Shown here: piece by piece, positions 8,774 to 15,107 of the stretch | Position numbering within the stretch: the stretch's first letter is position 1 | Layout: each line of letters starts with the position of its first letter | Assembly: GCA_963769935.1 (NCBI GenBank) | Contig: CAVYNY010000024.1 | Span: 1 to 15,107, forward strand | DNA: 15,107 bases | DNA from: an uncultured delta proteobacterium | GTDB taxonomy: Bacteria > Desulfobacterota > Desulfobacteria > Desulfobacterales > JAFDCJ01 | Direction: 5' to 3' | Program-made: the position numbers and the translations under genes | Notes under the pieces: model-generated | Told to the model about the DNA's origin: nothing | The model's input: the letters and a program-made list of their open reading frames with translations, nothing else | Databases searched by the model: none

Positions 8774-9736
8774 ATGAACTACTTCATTACGGGCGGTTTG
8801 GGTTTTGTCGGCCGCCACCTGGCGAATTTCCTTTTAAGGGATGGCAACCGGGTGACCGCCATAGGGCTCAACCCCAACCCCAATCTGATCGATCATGGCG
8901 ATTTTCACTACATCCCGGCCGATACGACGAAACCGGGAGACTGGCAAGATGAGCTGCGAGATCAGCAGGTAATTGTCAATCTGGCCGGCAAATCCATTTT
9001 TAAACGCTGGACGGAAGACTATAAGCAGCAAATTTATGACAGCCGGATTTTAACCACCCGCAATTTAGTTGACGCCCTGCCGGAGGATCCCCAGATCATA
9101 TTTTGCAGCACATCTGCGGTCGGGTTTTACGGTTCCCAGGGCGACAATGTGCTCACAGAAGAATCTCCGCCGGGAGAGGATTTCCTGGCCAAAGTGGGAA
9201 AAGACTGGGAGTGGGAGGCCCTGCAGGCTCTGAACAAGGGCGCCCGGGTGGTGGTGGCCCGCTTCGGAATCGTGCTGGATCGAGACGGCGGCGCGATGAG
9301 CAAGATGATACCTGCTTTTCGCTGCTATGTGGGCGGTTCGCTCGGCACCGGACGGCAATGGTTCCCCTGGATTCATATGCACGATCTGCTCTACGCTTAC
9401 AAATTCGTGATTGCCAAGCAGCAAATCAGCGGTCCGGTCAACTTCTGCGCGCCGCAGCCGATTCGCAATCGGGAGCTGGCAGAGAAACTGGGGGCTGCGC
9501 TCAATCGGCCGACGTTCATGCCCGCGCCGGCGTTTTTGATCAAACTCCTGCTGGGCGAATTCGGCAGGTCCCTGCTGAGCAGTCAACGCGTGGTGCCTGA
9601 AAAGCTGAATAAATTCGGCTACAAATTCACCTACCCGGACATAAAATCCGCAGTCGACGAGATCGTCAACCGCCGGCAAAGCTCAAGCGGGGCCGATTCG
9701 AATCGAACCTATGCCGACGACGCTGAAAAGGTCTGA
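8774..9736 (+). CDS. TIGR01777 family (YfcH-like) NAD-dependent epimerase/oxidoreductase (320 aa)
   Basis: ITGGLGFVG Rossmann motif, VNLAG..I..RWT, SRILTTRNLV, SAVGFYG, RFGIVL, GGSLGTGRQWFPWIH, GPVN, SSQRVVPEKL (DUF1731-type tail). RBS AGGAAGGA. Confidence 0.93.
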   Translation: MNYFITGGLGFVGRHLANFLLRDGNRVTAIGLNPNPNLIDHGDFHYIPADTTKPGDWQDELRDQQVIVNLAGKSIFKRWTEDYKQQIYDSRILTTRNLVDALPEDPQIIFCSTSAVGFYGSQGDNVLTEESPPGEDFLAKVGKDWEWEALQALNKGARVVVARFGIVLDRDGGAMSKMIPAFRCYVGGSLGTGRQWFPWIHMHDLLYAYKFVIAKQQISGPVNFCAPQPIRNRELAEKLGAALNRPTFMPAPAFLIKLLLGEFGRSLLSSQRVVPEKLNKFGYKFTYPDIKSAVDEIVNRRQSSSGADSNRTYADDAEKV

Positions 9737-9757
9737 ATACAGCTTAACAAAGCTACA

Positions 9758-9987
9758 TGGAATATTGGAATAATGGTTAAATCCGCATAACTTCTGCATC
9801 TGGGCCAAGGGTACTTGTGCGCCTTTGGCGCATTGGTATCATGCCTTGCGATTTCTCCGTTGTACGGCTTCGGTAGCCGGCTGGGGTAATTAGATTGAGC
9901 CCTGCTCTTCGATACTGTCCGAGATTTGCATCATTTCAGTATTCCGACATTCCATCATTCCAATTGTGAGGGAAGCGAACCAAGTTC
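9758..9987. repeat. Intergenic element: inverted 8-mer arrays enclosing hairpins
   Basis: Left arm TGGAATAT TGGAATAA TGG (9758-9776). Right arm CATCATTT CAGTATTC CGACATTC CATCATTC CA (9929-9962). Internal hairpins TGCGCC-TTT-GGCGCA (9818-9832) and CGGCT-TCGGT-AGCCG (9865-9879). Lies between convergent genes. Confidence 0.7.
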
Positions 9988-9988
9988 C

Positions 9989-10401
9989 TTACTGTTTGGC
10001 GCATAATCGCACGGTCAATTTGAGGCCGTTGACGGCCTCCACGCATATTTCCCGGCCTTGCTCGATAGAAGACTGTCCTTCGCAAATGGTCGCCTGCCAG
10101 CGTTCTCCCTTTACTGAAACGTAGCCGTCAGGGTTTAAACGGGTCAGAGCGACTCCTTTGCGGCCGATCATCCGGAAGCGGTCGGTGTGTTGGGATGGGT
10201 CATAAAACCGCCACAGAACAGGAAATAAAATGATGTCTTTGCCCACCCAGATACCGAGCAGTGCCCAGGCAAGATAGGCCGGGAACTCCATCCAAGGTCG
10301 AACCAAGATAAGAATCAACGAAACGCAGCCATCCCGGGCAATTGCAGCAGGAAATATTTAACGATTATCCCAAGCGTAGGTCGGTCGTGTTTTTTATCCA
10401 T
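9989..10401 (-). pseudogene. NfeD-like membrane protein (C-terminal OB-fold), split by a 1-bp frameshift (~137 aa if restored)
   Basis: C-terminus MIGRKGVALTRLNPDGYVSVKGERWQA...IEQGREICVEAVNGLKLTV is NfeD-C-like. Upstream frame from ATG 10401: MDKKHDRPTLGIIVKYFLLQLPGMAAF then stop. The span is 413 bp, and one extra T at 10321-10323 joins the frames. Confidence 0.8.
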
Positions 10402-10529
10402 CTTTGATCCCGTGTGACATCGATCGCTGATGCTCGCGGCTTGAACAATGCTAAATACATCAGATCACTTATATGAATACCTACAATTCAGCATTGGAAT
10501 TTTCAATTTTTCATCGATTCGGTCGAAAC

Positions 10530-11228
10530 TTATAGATCTTCGTAAGCGCTTTTTCGATCGATCCTGCGCGGCAGTTCGCCGGCGTATTTTTCTCCGAGCG
10601 CAGCAGCATTCCGGACTGCCCAATTGGTCAGCTTTGTCCGGCTGGCGGGAGGAGCGTTTTCGCAAAGCAAACCCGCCATGAGCCCATCGATTTCCTCCCT
10701 GGTAACAAATACATCGCCGACCAGCGGCCGATGATCCGGCCGGCAATAAATTCCAGCGGCGGAGGGATCGAAATGATGGGCCGCGGCTTGCCGATGATCC
10801 TTCCAATGGCTTCAACCAGTCCCCGGTATGCAGAAAGTTTCCGTGCCATCGCCTCGATGGTCGCATTCTCCGGCCTTTGACCCTGTTCAACGGCCAGGGC
10901 CGCAAGGTCGTCGACATAGATCGGCTGCAATCTGTAGTCCCCGCCGCTAAACACGCCGAAAACCGGCCGCCGGCGCAAGCGCCAGGCAATGTTGTTGATC
11001 AAATGTTTCTTGGCCGAAAAGAGCGGCGGGACGCAGAATACAATGTGAAATTCCGTTTTCCCTGAGAGCTCTCTTTCCATGATCGCTTTGCCGCGAAAAT
11101 ATTCCAGGGGGCGATCCTTCGGACGGATTGGTGGTGCTGGTGCTGATGTGGACGATTCTTTCAACCTTCGCTGTTTCAGCATATTTTCCGGAGAAGCCGA
11201 AGGCTCCGGTAACGGCATGCAGACCCAT
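10530..11228 (-). pseudogene. NAD(P)-binding epimerase / atypical SDR (NDUFA9-like) pseudogene
   Basis: RBS AGGAG and MGLHAVTGAFGFSGKY. Fragments in alternating frames: VERIVHIS..TNPSEGSP / LEYFRGKAIMER / GISHCILRPAALFG / LINNIAW..FGVFSGGDYRLQPIYVDDLA / VGDVFVTREEIDGLMAGLL...RRIDRKSAYEDL*. At least four frameshifts, plus an apparent large deletion right after the glycine-rich motif. Confidence 0.85.
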
Positions 11229-11303
11229 TATCAGCTCCTATAATCAACTGGTATGCCGGCGGCTGTTAGAAATTGCAGCTACGTTATCCCATTCATTCAA
11301 CTG

Positions 11304-11400
11304 AAATATCAAATCACAAATATCAGACAAATCACTATGACCGAATTTCAAAACTAACCCGACTGTGATTGAAGTCTAATAACCAATAACTTATAGCTAA
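11304..11400. repeat. A/C-rich ~7-bp periodic repeat tract
   Basis: AAATATC AAATCAC AAATATC AGAC AAATCAC (11304-11336), later TAACCAA TAACTTA TAGCTAA. Confidence 0.55.
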
Positions 11401-11418
11401 AACGCTACTCACCTTTAA

Positions 11419-11476
11419 GCCTCCCGGTGTTCCAGCTTCCCGGCGCCTCCCCGCTTCCCGGCCTCCGAGCCCCCCT
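11419..11476. repeat. GC-rich 8-bp tandem repeat (GCYTCCCG-like)
   Basis: GCCTCCCG GTGTTCCA GCTTCCCG (GC) GCCTCCCC GCTTCCCG GCCTCCGA GCCCCCCT. Confidence 0.75.
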
Positions 11477-11629
11477 AGGCCACATACACGGTCTTTATGT
11501 TTAAGAATCTTTAGATAGCCATAATGGGAGAGCTCCCGGCCGTATCAGCTTTGGTTGATTCCGCAGAACGGAAGATGCGATCGATGTCGAACAAAGGCGT
11601 GTACAAATTGCAATATCCCGGCTTTCAAG
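11458..11629 (-). pseudogene. Degenerate tandem copy of the last ~50 codons of the aldehyde dehydrogenase gene
   Basis: 11475-11629 aligns with 11635-11785 (stop codons 160 bp apart). Shared blocks include CCACATACAC, GTCTTTATGTTTA, TAATGGGAGAGCTCCCGGCCGTATC and AACAAAGGCGT. The copy has several indels. Confidence 0.9.
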
Positions 11630-11634
11630 CCTCC

Positions 11635-12999
11635 CTACGCCACATACACAGTCTTTATGTTTACGAATTCTTTGATGCCGTAATGGGAGAGCTCCCGGCC
11701 GTATCCGCTTTGCTTGATTCCGCCGAACGGCAGACGCGGATCGGATTTAACAAAGGCGTTCACAAAGCAATTACCGGCTTCCAGGTCATTGGCGGCGATG
11801 CGTTCCCCGCGCCGGACATCACCCGTAAAAACGGCGGCCCCCAGCCCGAAGGAGGTGTCGTTCGCCGTGCGGATCGCTTCGCCCTCATCCTTGACGGAGA
11901 TAACCGCGGCCACCGGTCCGAACGTCTCTTCATCATAGGCCGGCATGCCTCTTTGGACACCGGTGAGTACCGTTGCGGGGTAGAAGGCGCCGTCGCCGAA
12001 GGGCATCCGGCCGCCCAAAAGACACCGGGCACCCCTCTCGATGCTTTGCGTGACTTGGCGGTGAAGCTCGTCCCGCAGTTCCGCCCGGGCCTGAGGGCCG
12101 ATCTCGGTCTCCTCTTCCAATGGGTTCCCCATTTGCTTTTGTTCCATTTGCGCAACCAGCATGTCTTCAAAGCTTTTGCGGACGGATTCCACGACCACAA
12201 AGCGTTTGGCGGCGATGCAGCTCTGACCGGAGTTTAAAAGGCGGCTGGCCACGCAGGCTTCAACCGTCTTTTCCAGGTCGGCGTCTTCCAGGACGATATA
12301 GGGATCGCTGCCGCCGAGCTCCAATACCGTTTTTTTCAGCAATTTTCCGGCGGCCACCGCCACTGCCCGGCCTGCGGACTGGCTGCCCGTCAGGGTTATC
12401 GCGCGAATAAGCGGTTGAGAGATAAGCTGCTCCACGCGTTTGCTGGGAATTAAAACGTTCTGAAACAGGTTTTCCGGAAATCCCGCCGCCTTGAAGATAT
12501 CATCGATCGCCAGGGAACAGCCCGGAACATTGGAGGCGTGTTTTAGCACCGCGGCGTTGCCGGCCATCAAGGCCGGCGCCGCGAAGCGAAACACCTGCCA
12601 GAAGGGATAATTCCAGGGCATTATGGCCAGAATAACTCCCAGGGGGGTGAAAGATATATAGCTGCTGCGGGCATCCGTCTCAATGATCTCGGGCTGCAGA
12701 GCGGTTAAGGCATTGTCGGCATAGTAGTTGCAGACCCAGGCGCACTTTTCGACTTCCGCCCGGCCGTCCCGGATGGGTTTGCCCATCTCGGTGGCCATCA
12801 GAACCGCATATTCCTCCTTTTTGACGGATAATATTTTCGCAGCATTCCGGAGCCTTTCAACCCGCTGGGGAAACGTCGTTTCCCGCCAGCTTAAAAACGC
12901 TTGATGGGCGGCGCCAACTTTGTCTGCAATCTCCTGAGCACTGTTTTCCTCAAAAGCACGGATTATACTGCCATCGGCAGGGTTTATGGCGGTCAGCAT
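11635..12999 (-). CDS. sad: NAD(P)-dependent succinate-semialdehyde dehydrogenase-like aldehyde dehydrogenase (Sad/GabD1 type, 454 aa)
   Basis: IMPWNYPFWQVFRFAAPALMAGN, LKHASNVPG, TLTGS, catalytic LELGGSDP and NSGQSCIAAKR, EETFGPV, PFGGIKQSGYGRELS. RBS AGGAG. Substrate is inferred from the subfamily. Confidence 0.92.
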   Translation of the reverse strand: MLTAINPADGSIIRAFEENSAQEIADKVGAAHQAFLSWRETTFPQRVERLRNAAKILSVKKEEYAVLMATEMGKPIRDGRAEVEKCAWVCNYYADNALTALQPEIIETDARSSYISFTPLGVILAIMPWNYPFWQVFRFAAPALMAGNAAVLKHASNVPGCSLAIDDIFKAAGFPENLFQNVLIPSKRVEQLISQPLIRAITLTGSQSAGRAVAVAAGKLLKKTVLELGGSDPYIVLEDADLEKTVEACVASRLLNSGQSCIAAKRFVVVESVRKSFEDMLVAQMEQKQMGNPLEEETEIGPQARAELRDELHRQVTQSIERGARCLLGGRMPFGDGAFYPATVLTGVQRGMPAYDEETFGPVAAVISVKDEGEAIRTANDTSFGLGAAVFTGDVRRGERIAANDLEAGNCFVNAFVKSDPRLPFGGIKQSGYGRELSHYGIKEFVNIKTVYVA

Positions 13000-13601
13000 C
13001 AGATTAACTCCTAACCCGGATTCACCGGAGATATAAATGTTTCGTAATTTATAGTACTTTCCTAAATTTTAATTATTTTTGGGACTGTATGGCTTTAGCA
13101 GACAATGACGGCTTGCGATTCGATTCTTGCCTGCAGGGAATCCACACACGGCTTCCAGTCCGCAGGCTCTGCAGCATGGCTTCCAGCTCGGAGGGCGGCA
13201 GGGCCGAGCCTTCTCCCTGCGGCGGTTTCCGCCGTCAGACAACCCCTCAAACAAAAAGATTATGGCGATAATCTCCCAAGTTATCCATCGGGTATGGCAT
13301 GTATTTTGAACTTGAAACCACGGTAATTGGCCAATCCAATTTATGTTGGTATGGCCGCTCGCTGATAAGTTCATGCTCTGCCATGATGGCTCCGCAACAA
13401 CTCCGGCTGATAAGAGTTGATCACAAAGCAAGGCTCGGCGTCATCCAGGCATCCAGTTCGATGCAGTCGGCGAATGGTCTCAAAATAGATGCCGTCTACA
13501 GCCACAATACAGGATTTTTGGTATTGCTGATCTGATCGACCTGTTTCATTATGTGCATAGGAAATTACGCCGGTAAACCCGTCAAGCAAAGGAGTTTCCG
13601 A

Positions 13602-14279
13602 ATGATATACAATCCTCTGGCCCTGATGATTGTTGGAATTTTTTTCATCGGGCTCATAGTTTTTTTTGTCCTGGTGCAGATCAACGTTATCGCCTTGGCG
13701 TTTGTCGAGATCGGAATTCCGCCCCAATACATTTTCATGACCCTCATGGCCATCCTGCTCGGCAGCTTTATCAATATTCCCGTCAAACGAATACCGCAAA
13801 GCAGCATCAACCAAAGGGCCAGGGCTCATTATTTTGGAATTTCCTATTCGATACCGGTCTGGCGACAGCGGTATACGCTGCTGGCCGTTAATCTGGGCGG
13901 TGCAATTATTCCAATTATCATCTGCCTGTATCTATTTTTTAAGACCTCTTTGTGGGTTGAGTTTGCTGTCGCCACCACTATCATGACAGGCCTTTGCTAT
14001 CAACTGGCCCGGCCGGTGCCCGGGTTGGGTATCGCACTTCCGCCGCTCGTTCCGCCGCTCGCCGCCGCTATCATCGCGGTTTTAATTGCCTACCCGCATG
14101 CGCCGGTCGTGGCTTACTTCAGCGGAACCGTCGGAACACTGCTGGGGGCCGACATCCTCAAGCTGAAAAAAATCACCGCACTGGGTGCGCCGGTGGCCTC
14201 TATCGGTGGAGCGGGAACATTCGACGGAATTTTTTTAACGGGCATTCTATCCGTGATGCTGTCAGCGCTGCTGACCTAA
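13602..14279 (+). CDS. DUF1614 family membrane protein (225 aa)
   Basis: LLGSFINIPV, LAVNLGGAIIP, ARPVPGLGI, AYFSGTVGTLLGADIL, GAPVASIGGAGTFDGIFLTGI. Start placed at ATG 13602 after RBS AAGGAG. Confidence 0.9.
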   Translation: MIYNPLALMIVGIFFIGLIVFFVLVQINVIALAFVEIGIPPQYIFMTLMAILLGSFINIPVKRIPQSSINQRARAHYFGISYSIPVWRQRYTLLAVNLGGAIIPIIICLYLFFKTSLWVEFAVATTIMTGLCYQLARPVPGLGIALPPLVPPLAAAIIAVLIAYPHAPVVAYFSGTVGTLLGADILKLKKITALGAPVASIGGAGTFDGIFLTGILSVMLSALLT

Positions 14280-14369
14280 ACCCATGGTGGGCTAAAGTAA
14301 AGAATCCGAGCCCAGAGGGCCCGGCTTTGGTCCACCCCGGAGGAGTGTGCAATAACACCAACGCCCTAG

Positions 14370-14404
14370 TGGAATAATGCAATGATGGAAAAATGGAATA
14401 TTGG
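14370..14404. repeat. 8-bp TGGAATRW-type tandem repeat (same family as 9758-9776)
   Basis: TGGAATAA TGCAATGA TGGAAAAA TGGAATAT TGG. Confidence 0.7.
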
Positions 14405-14642
14405 GGACCAAAAAAGGATAGCAGATGACAAATGGCTATAGCCAATATCACAGCTAATCCCCAAGCTTTAGAATTTCCATTGGTGGAAGCGGGTCGAACA
14501 TATACTGTTCATTAAGAACGCAGATACATGGTTGACCGTATTTACTATTCGCAATTGTCATAGAAATATAGATAAACACAAGTATTTTTGCAGGATTGAA
14601 GATCTGGCTCCAACCATATCCGGTTACCCAAAAGGAGGTAAC

Positions 14643-15020
14643 ATGTTGAGTATGCAACAAAAAAGACCGCCCCCGCCCGAGAAAAATTTCGAACAACTGC
14701 GGATGCCCCAGGATCAAAGGCGCGAGGAACGCATCACTTCGCACGCCCCTCTGATTTTCACCCGCTTCAGCATCAGGTTCCACCGCGAACATGCGTCGAT
14801 GACCTTCAATCACAGCAGAGGCGGCATGTGCATGGAGGCATCCGAACCCTGCAGTCTCGGATCCGTTCTATTTATCCGTCTGGGCAACGCAAAGATCGAC
14901 GAGATCTACCACATAAACCGGAAATATCTGCGCACGACCACCCTGGCCGAGGTAAGGTGGTGCAGTGAACATCAGGATAAATTCGGCACTTACTACCGGA
15001 TCGGCGTTAAATATTTTTGA
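14643..15020 (+). CDS. Stand-alone PilZ domain protein (125 aa)
   Basis: RxxxR (QRREER) and N/DxSxGG (NHSRGGM) c-di-GMP-binding motifs, and AEVRWC...YRIGVKY. Start at ATG 14643 after RBS AAAGGAGGT. Confidence 0.85.
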   Translation: MLSMQQKRPPPPEKNFEQLRMPQDQRREERITSHAPLIFTRFSIRFHREHASMTFNHSRGGMCMEASEPCSLGSVLFIRLGNAKIDEIYHINRKYLRTTTLAEVRWCSEHQDKFGTYYRIGVKYF

Positions 15021-15040
15021 GCCTTTCAGCGGGGGTTAAA

Positions 15041-15107
15041 ATGACGATCCGGCTTAAGAGAGTCTATGAAACAGCCGGCAGACATGACGGCATCCGGATT
15101 CTAATTG
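15041..15107 (+). CDS. DUF488 / YeaO family protein, 5' end only (truncated by the window)
   Basis: My translation, absent from the ORF track: MTIRLKRVYETAGRHDGIRILI, matching the family N-terminus I.LKRVYE....DG.RILVD. Confidence 0.8.
   Translation, partial: MTIRLKRVYETAGRHDGIRILI

Noticed and set aside
11475..11785. Diversity-generating retroelement (template and variable repeat at a gene 3' end)
   Set aside because: Mismatches are not confined to adenines, there are many indels, no reverse transcriptase is in the window, and the target is a conserved metabolic enzyme.
11524..12237. 237-aa + strand ORF with an internal peptide repeat
   Set aside because: It is the antisense shadow of the ALDH gene and its tandem duplication.
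13070..13260. Minus-strand peptide LPPSELEAMLQSLR, faintly like an aldehyde:ferredoxin oxidoreductase C-terminus
   Set aside because: Too short, lacks the YY..RGW motif in frame, and no upstream part is recognisable. It would need BLASTx support.
322..14813. Many overlapping or antisense ORFs (e.g. 322-813, 5021-5659, 6656-7120, 9065-9679, 13371-13829, 14454-14813)
   Set aside because: They overlap well-supported genes, have no recognisable motifs, and are expected in GC-rich coding DNA.

Overview
A bacterial accessory-type region, probably from a sulfate-reducing deltaproteobacterium (Desulfobacterales-like; inferred from gene content and intergenic repeat style, not proven). In order: a double zf-TFIIB zinc-ribbon protein (-); an apparent operon of an 838-aa ABC exporter with an unusually long, internally repeated ATPase domain plus a phospholipase D-DedA/VTT fusion (+); a secreted double PRC-barrel protein (-, frameshifted); an ADP-ribosylglycohydrolase-fold protein lacking the canonical catalytic Asp motifs (-, frameshift near the start); a small CxxC ORF (-); a TIGR01777 oxidoreductase (+); an NfeD-like protein (-, frameshifted); a decayed NAD(P)-binding epimerase pseudogene (-); a degenerate 160-bp tandem copy of the 3' end of a succinate-semialdehyde dehydrogenase-like gene, followed by the intact gene (-); DUF1614 (+); PilZ (+); and the start of a DUF488/YeaO gene (+). 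Intergenic spaces carry 7-mer and 8-mer periodic micro-repeats and GC hairpins with TTT loops. I see no rRNA, tRNA, CRISPR array, integrase or transposase. Best leads: the ABC exporter + PLD-DedA pair, the repeat-bounded tandem duplication, the structured element at 9758-9987 and three separate single-base deletions.
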